Source: Deltaproteobacteria bacterium
Lineage (GTDB): Bacteria; Bdellovibrionota_F; JAHFAK01
Assembly (NCBI GenBank): GCA_023250585.1
Contig: JAHFAK010000004.1
Location: 1-44,882 of the forward strand
DNA: 44,882 nt
Direction: 5' to 3'
Shown: one piece after another, positions 27,769 to 38,112 of the stretch
How positions within the stretch are numbered: the first letter of the stretch is position 1
Layout of the letters: each line of letters opens with the position of its first letter
Notes under the pieces: generated by a model
Databases searched by the model: none
Seen by the model: only the letters and a program-made list of their open reading frames with translations
Told to the model about the DNA's origin: nothing
Translations under genes and position numbers: made by a program

Positions 27769-28908
27769 TTATCGTTGGGTAATGGGAATATATTTTTTAC
27801 CTTCTTCTCCGATATACAGAGCTTTTGGTCTAAAGATTCGATTATCTTCCCATTGCTCGCGTACATGTGCTGCCCAACCCGAAACCCGTGCTATTGCAAA
27901 GATTGGAGTAAAAAGAATTGGATCAATTCCAATGCTATTGAGTAATATTCCTGAATAGAAATCTACGTTAGGATAAATTTGTTTGCCTTTTTCAGTCATC
28001 CTTGTGACAAAATATTCCTCGAGTTTTTCTGAAATTATCAATCGTTTTTTTGAGAGTTCATCTTTTGCAAATGCTTTGAGTGATTTTTGTAGAATAGTTG
28101 CACGTGGATCTTTTACTTTATATACACGATGGCCCATTCCGCTAATTTTCTTTTTTCGAGCGATAGCTCCGTCAATCCATTTTTCAACGTTTTCTATTGA
28201 GCCAATTTCGTCAATCATTTGTAATACCTTTTCATTCGCCCCGCCGTGAAGAGGTCCGAAAAGCGATCCTGTGGCTGCGGAAATAACACTACTCACCGGG
28301 GGAAGGCTTGAGGCTACTACTCGTGCTGTAAAAGTTGATGCATTTAAGCTGTGTTCCATATGGAGGATTAAAATTTTATCAAATATTTTTTCTTCTTCTT
28401 TTGGTGGTTTCTTTCCTGAAAGCATATATAAAAAATTACCTGAAAAGCTTAACTGAGGATCAGGTGTAATTACTTCTTGTTGCTTCATGATTCGATAGTG
28501 ACTTGCAACGAGAAGGGGTGTTTGTTCAATATATCCAATCAGAGTTTCGATAAACTTTTCTTTGTATGTGCTATCCCATATTCCACCGAGAGCGGCATAC
28601 GATGATTGTAATGCTTTCATCGGATGTGTATTTTTTGCAAGGTACTTTTGAATAGTCAATACTGAAGGTTCAAGCTTTCTATAGCGTTTTGCGAGGATTA
28701 AAAATTCACGTAATTCTTTTTCATTGGGAAGTTTTCCATAGAGTAGAAGATATGCAACTTCTTCATACGTAGCAGACTCAGAGAGATCAAAAATACTATA
28801 GCCATAATAGCTTAAATCACCTTTGACTCCATCAACTTTACAAATTTTGCTTTCTGCCGCAATAACGCCTTCGAGGCCTTTTGCGAAAGGTATCGTTTCT
28901 GTACTCAT
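27769..28908 (-). CDS. gltA: Citrate synthase (type I)
   Basis: GLEGV, HSLNASTF, GPLHGGANE, GMGHRVYK, YPNVDFYSG. Confidence 0.93.
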   Translation of the reverse strand: MSTETIPFAKGLEGVIAAESKICKVDGVKGDLSYYGYSIFDLSESATYEEVAYLLLYGKLPNEKELREFLILAKRYRKLEPSVLTIQKYLAKNTHPMKALQSSYAALGGIWDSTYKEKFIETLIGYIEQTPLLVASHYRIMKQQEVITPDPQLSFSGNFLYMLSGKKPPKEEEKIFDKILILHMEHSLNASTFTARVVASSLPPVSSVISAATGSLFGPLHGGANEKVLQMIDEIGSIENVEKWIDGAIARKKKISGMGHRVYKVKDPRATILQKSLKAFAKDELSKKRLIISEKLEEYFVTRMTEKGKQIYPNVDFYSGILLNSIGIDPILFTPIFAIARVSGWAAHVREQWEDNRIFRPKALYIGEEGKKYIPITQR

Positions 28909-28910
28909 GA

Positions 28911-30161
28911 TTAATTTCCTCGAATATTTTTTACAATTCTGTCTGCAAATTCCGAAGTCTTTGCGCGAGTAGCACCCGACATGGAACGTTCTAAATCATA
29001 CGTGACATATTTTTGCCCAATTGTTTTTTCAAGACCTGAAATAATAAGTCGTGCCACTTCTTGCCAGCCAATAAATTCAAACATCAGTGCTCCTGAAAGA
29101 AGAACAGAAGAAGGATTGATGATATCCTGATCCGCATATTTAGGTGCAGTACCATGAGTTGCTTCGAACATTCCCATATCATCTGAAACATTTGCTCCTG
29201 GCGCAATTCCGAGTCCTCCAACTTGTGCAGCACAAGCATCTGAAAGGTAGTCGCCATTTAAATTTGTTGTCGCAATAACGCTATACTCGTGAGGACGCAA
29301 CAATATTTGTTGGAACATGTTATCGGCAATACGATCATTGATTACTATTTTTCCTTTTGGAAGTTTTCCCTCATATTTAGCGTGCAGATCATTTTCCGTA
29401 ATAAGCATATCTCCAAATTCTTTACGTGCAAGCTCATAGCCCCAATTCATAAAGGCACCCTCAGTGAATTTCATGATATTGCCTTTATGAACAAGCGTTA
29501 CAACTTTTCGATTGTTGTCAATTGCATATTGAATTGCTTTTCGAATAAGGCGTTTTGATCCAAATTCAGATATCGGTTTAATGCCTATGGCCGATGCTTC
29601 TCGTATATCTTTACCGCAAGAAATAATTACATCGCGTATTTTATTTGCTTCTTTTGAACCTGCTGCCCATTCAACTCCCGCATAGACATCTTCGGTATTT
29701 TCACGGAATATAACGACATCAAGCTTTTCAGGAGTTTTTAGAGGTGATGGTACACCGGAAAAATAACGAACCGGACGAACACACGCATACAAATCAAGTT
29801 GCTGTCTCAGTGTAACATTAATACTGCGAAAACCTTCTCCAACTGGTGTTGTGAGTGGGCCTTTGATCGCAACTTTAAATTCTTTAATTGCTTGTAAGGT
29901 ATCTTCGGGAAGCCATACGTCTTTGCCATAAACACTACATGCTTTTTCGCCAGCATATACTTCTAGCCATACAATTTTTCGTTCATTTTTATAGGCTTCT
30001 GCTGTTGCGGCGTCGAATACTTTCTTCGAGGCTTTCCAAATATCTCGCCCGCTGCCGTCACCTTCTATAAAAGGAATGATAGGATTATTGGGGGTTATGC
30101 ATGTGCCCTTGGAAATGGTAATTGCTGTCCCTGCTTGGGGAGCGGTAATTTTATCAAACAT
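28911..30161 (-). CDS. icd: NADP-dependent isocitrate dehydrogenase
   Basis: [49 protein letters not shown]. Confidence 0.97.
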   Translation of the reverse strand: MFDKITAPQAGTAITISKGTCITPNNPIIPFIEGDGSGRDIWKASKKVFDAATAEAYKNERKIVWLEVYAGEKACSVYGKDVWLPEDTLQAIKEFKVAIKGPLTTPVGEGFRSINVTLRQQLDLYACVRPVRYFSGVPSPLKTPEKLDVVIFRENTEDVYAGVEWAAGSKEANKIRDVIISCGKDIREASAIGIKPISEFGSKRLIRKAIQYAIDNNRKVVTLVHKGNIMKFTEGAFMNWGYELARKEFGDMLITENDLHAKYEGKLPKGKIVINDRIADNMFQQILLRPHEYSVIATTNLNGDYLSDACAAQVGGLGIAPGANVSDDMGMFEATHGTAPKYADQDIINPSSVLLSGALMFEFIGWQEVARLIISGLEKTIGQKYVTYDLERSMSGATRAKTSEFADRIVKNIRGN

Positions 30162-30231
30162 AATTTGTTCCTTTTCTGTGTATGTATAGGATGGAAATAT
30201 ATAAAAAAGCTAGCTGATTTTTGCCATGAGA

Positions 30232-30615
30232 TCAACTCGAAAGTTTATCGTATATTTTTTTACTCAAAGTATAGTAAGTATGGAGACGGTCGTATAGTTG
30301 CTGAGCTAATTCTTCTGAATAAATATGAACTGACATATTTCGATCATCTGCCATACGGAGGCATGTTTCGATTTCCTCGTCACTTAGTTTGATAATATTT
30401 TTAATTTCACGAAAGCATGAGCGAGGCGAAGATACTTGAATCTTTTCGATCTCGCTTAAGTAGACTTTAATTGTTTTAGAGAGAAGTTCGTAGGTAAATT
30501 GAAAGCGTTGAATAGCCGCATCTCGTGCTATTTCAGAATAGGGACACTTAAGAACTTCTTCGAATTTTTTAAGAGCACTTTCCAATTGTATTAATTTTTC
30601 ACTGAGGTAAGCCAT
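30232..30615 (-). CDS. HEPN-domain protein (HI0074-like nucleotidyltransferase substrate-binding)
   Basis: RDAAIQRFQFTYEL and RNMSVHIY (RxxxxH HEPN motif). Confidence 0.88.
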   Translation of the reverse strand: MAYLSEKLIQLESALKKFEEVLKCPYSEIARDAAIQRFQFTYELLSKTIKVYLSEIEKIQVSSPRSCFREIKNIIKLSDEEIETCLRMADDRNMSVHIYSEELAQQLYDRLHTYYTLSKKIYDKLSS

Positions 30616-30887
30616 AGTATTTTTTCTTTAAAAACCTTGTTTTTAAATATTTCATCAACAGTATTAAAATCAATGACATCAACCGTATACGGTATTGTGG
30701 AATTCTCTAATGCTTCCCGTATAGCGCTTAGTCTATTTTTGTCAATTATTCCATCGATAATTCCAACATCAATATCATGAAATTTATTTTGACTAATACT
30801 TGAACCAAAAATAAATATACGCGTTTTAGGGCTAAGATGTTGAATAAGGATATTTTTAATTTCATCCTGATATTTTTTTTGCAGCAT
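30591..30887 (-). CDS. Minimal nucleotidyltransferase (MNT) antitoxin
   Basis: FIFGS...DIDV...VDVID; overlaps the HEPN gene. Confidence 0.88.
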   Translation of the reverse strand: MLQKKYQDEIKNILIQHLSPKTRIFIFGSSISQNKFHDIDVGIIDGIIDKNRLSAIREALENSTIPYTVDVIDFNTVDEIFKNKVFKEKILWLTSVKN

Positions 30888-30975
30888 GAATTAAGTATAG
30901 AAAAGAGAGTTTAGAAAGACAATAAAAATTGGTTTTGAACTCATTAACTTTTTTCTTTGCTTATTAATGTTACTC

Positions 30976-32316
30976 TTACTCCTTTATTAAATAAAACATT
31001 CCACCGGTTATTTGTGCAAGTTCTTTCATTTCGTCTTCGACTTTTTTTTGTAATTTTATGCCAAGGATTGAAATACTAATGCCTTTTTGTTGAGCCAGAG
31101 TTACAACAGCGTGAGCGGCAGATTTACTCATCGTGTCCTCTCCATCAGTTAAAACAGAAATTCTGGTGCCGTTTTCAATTTGGAGCATGAGACTTTCCAG
31201 AGCAGCATAGAGAGGAGTAGACCCATCAGGGGTTACCATACTTAACGAGCTCTGGCATCGGCATCTCGCCGGGTAGATACGGACGTTAAATTGTTTGATT
31301 GATTGTCTAAAATAGTATACTTCAGCATGTTGAGGGAATCGATACCTCTCTACTTCCTGCCATTTTTCAGCTTCCATCATAGAACCTGAGCTATCGATCA
31401 AAAAAATATCGGTATTTTTTTCGAGAAATCGTAAACCTCTGGCCAAAGCAGATCTTTCAGGAATAATGGTTACTCTGCGATCGTTTTGATAGTTTTCTTT
31501 GCTCGTTTCGTTTGCCTTTGATTCTCCGTAAGAAACAGCGGTAATATTTTTAAATCCTTGCCCACGTAGATAGGCACTCACACTATCAATTCTTTGTTGG
31601 CTTAATATTCCATTCAATTCGGTAGCTCCACGTGGATCACAATAACCTTCAATTACAAATGAATCTCTTGCAGAGAGTTCGGTAGTATATTTTAGGATAT
31701 CACTTATATCATTAACCCCTAGGGTACTTTGTGCTGTGGGAAAGTAGATGGATAATTCATTATCTTCAATACTATTTTTTCTTTCATCTGTTGATGATCT
31801 TGATAATTCAGCTGGTTCAAAGGAAATGATTTTTCCATAAGGACTTTGTAAATTTGTTTGCAGCTTTTCTTTAGTTCTTTCCGTAATACGACAAACATTG
31901 GCATATTCAGTGTAAATAGTATTAATCGGTTCTTTTTTTGGTTTTTGCAGGGATAGAATTATTTCTTCTATTTCCTTTTTAGTTGTGGGTGTGTAGTCAC
32001 CTTTGACTATATTATTGAGAGCTTCCATTATTTCTTTTTCCGTAAAGACAGTTCCGGTATCAAGATGATAGATAGCGATGTCAGGGTTTAAAAAAACAAA
32101 GGCAAGCCGATTACCAACCTTTACCTTGAATCCATCGCATTTACATTTTTTTAATTTGCTTATGACTGTTTTATGTATTGAATTAGAAATTTCTACTTCT
32201 CGTACTTTTTCTTCTTGTCCTTGAGCGTACGCAATACCTAATGACAACATTAACAAACAAAAAGATACTTCTAATAATTTTTTCTTAATAACCCCCATAA
32301 TATCTCCTTTATGCAA
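30976..32316 (-). CDS. Secreted OmpA-C domain + von Willebrand A domain protein
   Basis: Signal peptide; IEGYCD...LSQQR...SYGE...DRRV; MIDAS DSSGSM, TPLY, LTDGED. Confidence 0.8.
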   Translation of the reverse strand: MHKGDIMGVIKKKLLEVSFCLLMLSLGIAYAQGQEEKVREVEISNSIHKTVISKLKKCKCDGFKVKVGNRLAFVFLNPDIAIYHLDTGTVFTEKEIMEALNNIVKGDYTPTTKKEIEEIILSLQKPKKEPINTIYTEYANVCRITERTKEKLQTNLQSPYGKIISFEPAELSRSSTDERKNSIEDNELSIYFPTAQSTLGVNDISDILKYTTELSARDSFVIEGYCDPRGATELNGILSQQRIDSVSAYLRGQGFKNITAVSYGESKANETSKENYQNDRRVTIIPERSALARGLRFLEKNTDIFLIDSSGSMMEAEKWQEVERYRFPQHAEVYYFRQSIKQFNVRIYPARCRCQSSLSMVTPDGSTPLYAALESLMLQIENGTRISVLTDGEDTMSKSAAHAVVTLAQQKGISISILGIKLQKKVEDEMKELAQITGGMFYLIKE

Positions 32317-32325
32317 GCTTTTGTT

Positions 32326-33093
32326 TCATTGCTTTTTCATTTTTAATGTTTCGATGAATTTTTTATTTTCTGCAATGAGTTCTTGGAGTCTTTTTATAAC
32401 TTTTTGAGTATCAATTCCGTATTTTTTAAAGACTTTATAGGTATAAGGGTCAATTGTTTGATCTGAGGTAAGTAATAAAAAATGTTTGTTGATTAATTCA
32501 AGTCGATCAGTAGAAACGACATTCACCAAGGTTTTAATTCTTCCAGGATTACCTTCTTTTAAAGCTCCAATGAATTCTGGCTCAGTTTCTATAAAGGTAT
32601 TTTGTAACTCATGCATAACGGCGTAAAGCAATAAACCAAAATCAGAAATCAGTGTACTACTCAGAGTAAATCCACGAATATAAAGAGGAGGATTAGAATC
32701 CTTTTCTTGTAGTGTATATGAATACATAAGATAGGGAACAGGAGAGAGCTCTATGTTTTTTAAATGTTCCTTTCCCATGGTTTCTCGTATTGTTGTAATC
32801 GATTTTTCGCTTGTAACAAGAACGGACAATTTAGAAAATTTTCCAAGCGTTCCTTTGCATGACCCAGTACCGAGGACCAACTGGAATGCAGTCTTAATAA
32901 TATCTTCCAAACCTTTTGGTTTTTCTATAGATGTTTCATCAAGAGGAGTTTTTTCAAAGAAATTAACCTCTAAAGAAGGACAGCCGGTTTGATCATCCTG
33001 CTTTTGAACTTGATCTTGAGACGGGATGGCTGCTAAGGCCAGATTGAAATTTATACAAAGAACCAAAATAGATAGTTTTATTTTTGTTACCAT
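32326..33093 (-). CDS. Secreted hypothetical protein
   Basis: Signal peptide ending ALA-A; AAGGA RBS; 255-aa ORF. Confidence 0.65.
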   Translation of the reverse strand: MVTKIKLSILVLCINFNLALAAIPSQDQVQKQDDQTGCPSLEVNFFEKTPLDETSIEKPKGLEDIIKTAFQLVLGTGSCKGTLGKFSKLSVLVTSEKSITTIRETMGKEHLKNIELSPVPYLMYSYTLQEKDSNPPLYIRGFTLSSTLISDFGLLLYAVMHELQNTFIETEPEFIGALKEGNPGRIKTLVNVVSTDRLELINKHFLLLTSDQTIDPYTYKVFKKYGIDTQKVIKRLQELIAENKKFIETLKMKKQ

Positions 33094-33141
33094 ATCAATC
33101 CTTTCATTTCTTTTGTAAATGTCTCATACAGAAAAATGAAC

Positions 33142-33156
33142 GCAAAAAGCGTGCCA
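33142..33156 (-). promoter_or_regulatory. sigma-54 (-24/-12) promoter
   Basis: Minus strand TGGCACGCTTTTTGC matches TGGCACG-N4-TTGC; about 50 bp upstream of 33093. Confidence 0.75.
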
Positions 33157-33304
33157 ATGTATTGAAAAAATAACCAACTGAATTTATTAGTGTTTTTATT
33201 TATGAATTACTTGTCGTTTAGATTTATTGCGACTTTTAAGAGATAATATTGGGACAAAATCGCCTTAAATTGAAACATTTAACGGTAAGTCCTCCGTATC
33301 ATGT

Positions 33305-34444
33305 TTAAATATATTCACCAGACCATAGATTTTCAATAAATAATTTCCATGAAATAATTTTTATCCCAGCAACGGTGCGAGGCTCTTTTTCTAAACATAC
33401 TAAGACACAATTTTTTACTGGCCCGTCTTCTTTTAAAGCTTTAAGAAAACGAAGATCTCCTTCATGGACACGATCAGAGCCCTTGATTTCAATTGCCAGT
33501 TCTTTATCTCCTAGAATAAAATCAACTTCTTGCCCTGTGCTTGTTCTCCAGAAATAAATAGGCACATCCGGATTTTTATAAGTTATATAAGCTCTAAGTT
33601 CCATTAATATATACTGCTCAAATGATTTACCAAATTCCATAGTTTTTAAAGCAGGTTTTCGTTTTGCCAGATAATTTGTAACTCCAACATCAAACAAATA
33701 AAATTTTTCCGTAGTAATCATTCTCCTATCTTTGGATTTGCCCCATGGCTGAATTCTGAAACCAATATATGTATCTTCGAGAATATCGAAATAAGTTCTT
33801 ACAACCTTATGTGAAACACCTGTGTCCCTTGCAATATTAACATAATTAATCAGTTCGCTTGATGTAATGGCTGCAACTCTTAAAAATTCTGAGAAAGCGG
33901 GCAAATTTTGAATTAATCCCTCTTGTGCTATTTCTTCTTTCAGGTAATCAAAAATATATGCTCTTAAATCTTCAATTGGACTAGGGGACAAAAAATGAGG
34001 TGGCAGCAAACCAGAAATCATGATTTTTTCTAAATCAAATCCTGAAACTTCTACTAAAGAAAGTGGCAACATTACTCTCCGCCAAGCGCGACCACCTAAA
34101 AGGTTAGAATGACCTCTTTTTAATTTTCTTGCACTCGATCCTGTAAGCAAAAATGATATTCCACTGTTTTCAATTAACCAATGCACTTCATCTAAAATTG
34201 CGGGAATTTTTTGAACTTCATCTATGACTATTAATCCTTTATAATCTTGATGTCTTTCTCTTAATAACGAAGGCCGAGAAGCATATTCGGCAAAAACATC
34301 TGTTTTAAGAAAATCAATTAATAGAATATTTTTTAGATTATGATTGATCCAAAAAGTTTTTCCAACTTTACGAGGTCCCCATAAAAAGGCAGATTTATTT
34401 TCTGGAAGATTAAGCTCGAAAAGTCTTTTGATAATTTTACTCAT
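33305..34444 (-). CDS. AAA+ ATPase with DUF4143 (COG1373-type)
   Basis: GPRKVGKT, IDEVQK, LTGSS, KFYLFDVG, FWRT..GQEVDF, IEIK. Confidence 0.9.
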   Translation of the reverse strand: MSKIIKRLFELNLPENKSAFLWGPRKVGKTFWINHNLKNILLIDFLKTDVFAEYASRPSLLRERHQDYKGLIVIDEVQKIPAILDEVHWLIENSGISFLLTGSSARKLKRGHSNLLGGRAWRRVMLPLSLVEVSGFDLEKIMISGLLPPHFLSPSPIEDLRAYIFDYLKEEIAQEGLIQNLPAFSEFLRVAAITSSELINYVNIARDTGVSHKVVRTYFDILEDTYIGFRIQPWGKSKDRRMITTEKFYLFDVGVTNYLAKRKPALKTMEFGKSFEQYILMELRAYITYKNPDVPIYFWRTSTGQEVDFILGDKELAIEIKGSDRVHEGDLRFLKALKEDGPVKNCVLVCLEKEPRTVAGIKIISWKLFIENLWSGEYI

Positions 34445-34449
34445 AAGGT

Positions 34450-34479
34450 AAATTTATCTAGATAAATTTGCTATGTCAA
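34450..34479 (-). promoter_or_regulatory. sigma-70 promoter with overlapping 20-bp palindrome (leaderless)
   Basis: Minus strand TTGACA, 17 nt, TAAATT, 6 nt, ATG; palindrome AAATTTATCTAGATAAATTT at 34450-34469. Confidence 0.7.
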
Positions 34480-34508
34480 GAAATTTATCCGTCGACTTTT
34501 CTAGTATT

Positions 34509-36068
34509 TTATAGAGAAGCTGTTCTTTTTTTGAATTCTCTTTCGAGCTGTTGGGCGGTTTGATTAAATTTATTTTTGTCCTTCCAGGTATCAATTGGAT
34601 TCAAGAGCTCTGGCGGGACGCCGTCACAGGTTACGGGATACGATAAACCAAAAATGGGGTCGGTTTTGAAGGTTGCATCAGAGAGTTCACCGGAAAGAGC
34701 CGCATCGATCATCTTGCGAGTATATTTAATATGAATTCGTTCGCCTTCGCCGTAGGGTCCTCCGGTCCAGCCGGTGTTGACAAGCCAGCATTGCGCTTTA
34801 TGTTTTTCAATTTTTTCTTTAAGCATGTGGCCATATTTTGTAGGTTTATGAACCATAAACGGAGCGCCAAAGCAGGTTGAGAAAGTCATTTCTACATCAG
34901 ATTTCATATCTCGCTCAGTGCCTGCAATTTTTGCCGTATAACCCAAAAGGAAATGCTCTACTGCTTGCGCGGGCGTAAGTTTTGAAATAGGAGGAAGAAC
35001 ACCAAATGCATCGCAGGTAAGCATAATGATATTTTGTGCATGACCTCCTCGTTCTTCAGGAATAATATTTTTATTAAATGAAATAGGGTATGCCCCGCGA
35101 GTATTCTCTGTATAACTATTATCATCAAGGTTAACAATTCTGGTTTCATCATTCATGACGACGTTTTCTAAAACAGTTCCAAACATATGGGCGCATTCAT
35201 AAATATCGGGTTCTCGTTCTTTGGAAAGCTTAATCATCTTAGCATAGCAGCCACCTTCGAAATTGAATACACCATTTTCGCCCCAGCCGTGTTCATCATC
35301 ACCAATCAATCCACGCTGTGGGTCTGCTGAAAGACTTGTTTTGCCGGTGCCTGATAAGCCAAAGAATACTGCGGTATCTCCAGTTTTTCCTACATTGGCA
35401 GAACTATGCATGGTAAAGACTCCTTTTAACGGGAGTAGATAGTTAAGAATGGTAAAAACACTTTTTTTAATTTCTCCTGCGTAGCATGTCCCACCAATAA
35501 GAATAATTTTTTTCGCAAAATTAATAATAACAAATGCCTTTGATCGTGTCCCATCACGGGTAGGAGCTGCTTCAAATCCATTGCAGCTTATGATAGTAAA
35601 ATCGGGAGTATAATTACGGAGTTCTTCCTTTTTATTGATAGTAATAAACATATTTTGGGCAAAAAGGCTTTGCCATGCTCGGTCGGTAATAACGCGTATA
35701 TTCATTCGATATGAAGGATCTGCGCATACATAGAGGTCTTGTACAAATGCATCTTTACCCTCAAGATACTGAGTTACTTTCGAGTAGAGGGCGTCGAATT
35801 TGTTTGTCTCAAAAGGTATATTTACTTTACCCCAATCAATAGTATTTTCAGAAGTTGGTTCTTTAACTATAAATTTATCTTGTGGAGATCTTCCCGTATA
35901 AGGACGAGTGTCGACGACTAAGGGACCGGCATATGAGATTTTAGCTTCCCCGCGTTTAGTCGTTTCTTCATAAAGTTCAGCTCGAGAAAGGTTATAAAAT
36001 ACATGATGAGTATTTTTAATACCTATCCCTTTAAGTTTTTCTCGGATTTCAAAAGGGTCGCGATGCAT
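34509..36068 (-). CDS. pckA: Phosphoenolpyruvate carboxykinase (ATP)
   Basis: TGRSPQDK, YAGEIKK, FFGLSGTGKT, IGDDEHGW, FNFEGGCYAK. Confidence 0.97.
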   Translation of the reverse strand: MHRDPFEIREKLKGIGIKNTHHVFYNLSRAELYEETTKRGEAKISYAGPLVVDTRPYTGRSPQDKFIVKEPTSENTIDWGKVNIPFETNKFDALYSKVTQYLEGKDAFVQDLYVCADPSYRMNIRVITDRAWQSLFAQNMFITINKKEELRNYTPDFTIISCNGFEAAPTRDGTRSKAFVIINFAKKIILIGGTCYAGEIKKSVFTILNYLLPLKGVFTMHSSANVGKTGDTAVFFGLSGTGKTSLSADPQRGLIGDDEHGWGENGVFNFEGGCYAKMIKLSKEREPDIYECAHMFGTVLENVVMNDETRIVNLDDNSYTENTRGAYPISFNKNIIPEERGGHAQNIIMLTCDAFGVLPPISKLTPAQAVEHFLLGYTAKIAGTERDMKSDVEMTFSTCFGAPFMVHKPTKYGHMLKEKIEKHKAQCWLVNTGWTGGPYGEGERIHIKYTRKMIDAALSGELSDATFKTDPIFGLSYPVTCDGVPPELLNPIDTWKDKNKFNQTAQQLEREFKKRTASL

Positions 36069-36100
36069 ACCGCCCTCCTTTTCTGTTGAATGTGATTAAT

Positions 36101-38101
36101 TTAAATGTTCTTTACTACTTCTTTATTAAGAACTGATGGTGATTCGATAAAATCACTTTCAGAAGGTTCTTTCATGGTTGAGAGAAATTCTTTTTGGATA
36201 GTGTGCGGTAACAGCGAACGTATCGTTTTGCAGATACGTTCTGGATCAAGCCCAATTTCTTTTCTCAAGATGGATTGACTTCCATGCTCGATATAACGAT
36301 CTGGAACACCAAAACGTTTTACCGGGACTGCAATACTTCCATGGGTATCATTTAATAGTTCAAGAATTGCTGATCCAAATCCACCGGCAAGTACATTTTC
36401 TTCTACGGTTACGATGAGTTTTGCGTCTTTTGAAAATTTGAAAATTAATTCAGTATCAAGAGGTTTTACAAATCGCGCATTGATAACAACGGTATTGATA
36501 TTTTCTTTGTTGAGAAGCTCTGCCGCTTCAAGGCTTGGCTGAACCATATGACCGAGTGCGATAATAAGAACATAATCTTTATTTGAATCCATTTTAATAA
36601 CTTCCCCTTTTCCAATAGGAATGTTTTTAAATGATTCATCCATTGGTATTCCAAGTCCTTCGCCACGTGGATAACGAATTGCTTTCGGGCCTTCAAACGT
36701 CGTTGCGGTATAGAGCATATGTTGGAATTCATTTTCATCTTTTGGTGACATGACAACCATATTGGGAAGCTCTCGTAAATAGGTAATGTCGAAAACTCCA
36801 TGATGAGTCGGCCCATCATCACCTACAAGTCCAGCACGATCCATGGCAAAACATACATTGAGTTTTTGAAGACAGACATCATGTACAAGTTGATCAAAAG
36901 CACGCTGTAAAAAGGTTGAGTAAATGCATGCAAATGGTTTTATTTTTTGAAGTGATAAACCCGCAGAAAAAAGCACCGCATGTTGTTCAGCTATTCCTAC
37001 ATCATAAAAACGTTCGGGAAAGGCTTCGGCAAATTCTTTCAAGCCCGTTCCTTCTTTCATCGCAGCGGTAATCGCAACAACTTTGTCATCCATTTTGGCA
37101 AGTTTTTGTAATGTATTACCAAGCACTTTGGTATAGGTAATCTTCGCATTTTTTTTAGGAATAGCCTTGCCTGTTTTTCGATCAAATGGAGTAAATGCGT
37201 GGCATTTTAATGGGTCACCTTCTAAGAACTCGCATCCATGGCCTTTTTCAGTAACTACATGAAGAAGAATCGGACCTTTGAGTCCTTTAATATCTTTTAA
37301 AGTTGTAACTAATGTTTCAAGCTTGTGTCCATCAATTGGCCCAATATAACGTAACCCTAAACATTCAAAGAAAAGGCCAGGAGAAAAAATTCCTTTAATA
37401 GCCTCTTTACTCTTTTTGGCTACGGCATAAATTTTATCACCAAATGTAGGAATCGATTTCATCAAATGTTTTACTTCCTCACGGACGAGATTCATGTAAT
37501 GTCCTGTTGTCGCACGGCTAATAAATGAGGAAAGTGCGCCTACATTTGGAGAAATACTCATTTCATTATCATTGAATATAATAATAATATTTCTGTTCAG
37601 TTCGCTGACATTATTAAGACCTTCATACGCAACACCGCCCGTCAATGCTCCATCACCAACAACTGCTATAGTATATGATGAATCACCGTTGAGGTGTTTA
37701 GCTTCTGCAAGTCCTAATGCACTGGATATTGCAGTGCTTGCATGGCCTGCGCCAAAGATATCATGTTCGCTTTCATCACGTTTGCAAAATCCAGCAATCC
37801 CTTTATATTGTCGGAGTGTTTTGAAATCTTCGTATCGTCCGGTTAACAGCTTATGCGGATATGCTTGATGAGATACATCCCAAAAAATATTATCTCGAGG
37901 AGAATCAAATAAGTAATGTAAAGCGAGGGTCAATTCAACAACACCAAAGCTTGCTCCTACATGGCCTCCGGTTTGCGAAACAACGTCGAGAATATATTCA
38001 CGAATTTCTGATGCCAACATTTCAAGATTAGGAATATCTAAACTTTTTAAATCCTGGGGTACTTTTATGTCTGAAAGTGGGATGTGTTTTTTTGTTTGCA
38101 T
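36101..38101 (-). CDS. dxs: 1-deoxy-D-xylulose-5-phosphate synthase
   Basis: WDVSHQAYPHK, GHASTAIS, GDGALTGG, DVGIAEQHA, DGPTHHG. Confidence 0.97.
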   Translation of the reverse strand: MQTKKHIPLSDIKVPQDLKSLDIPNLEMLASEIREYILDVVSQTGGHVGASFGVVELTLALHYLFDSPRDNIFWDVSHQAYPHKLLTGRYEDFKTLRQYKGIAGFCKRDESEHDIFGAGHASTAISSALGLAEAKHLNGDSSYTIAVVGDGALTGGVAYEGLNNVSELNRNIIIIFNDNEMSISPNVGALSSFISRATTGHYMNLVREEVKHLMKSIPTFGDKIYAVAKKSKEAIKGIFSPGLFFECLGLRYIGPIDGHKLETLVTTLKDIKGLKGPILLHVVTEKGHGCEFLEGDPLKCHAFTPFDRKTGKAIPKKNAKITYTKVLGNTLQKLAKMDDKVVAITAAMKEGTGLKEFAEAFPERFYDVGIAEQHAVLFSAGLSLQKIKPFACIYSTFLQRAFDQLVHDVCLQKLNVCFAMDRAGLVGDDGPTHHGVFDITYLRELPNMVVMSPKDENEFQHMLYTATTFEGPKAIRYPRGEGLGIPMDESFKNIPIGKGEVIKMDSNKDYVLIIALGHMVQPSLEAAELLNKENINTVVINARFVKPLDTELIFKFSKDAKLIVTVEENVLAGGFGSAILELLNDTHGSIAVPVKRFGVPDRYIEHGSQSILRKEIGLDPERICKTIRSLLPHTIQKEFLSTMKEPSESDFIESPSVLNKEVVKNI

Positions 38102-38112
38102 ACATCTACTCC

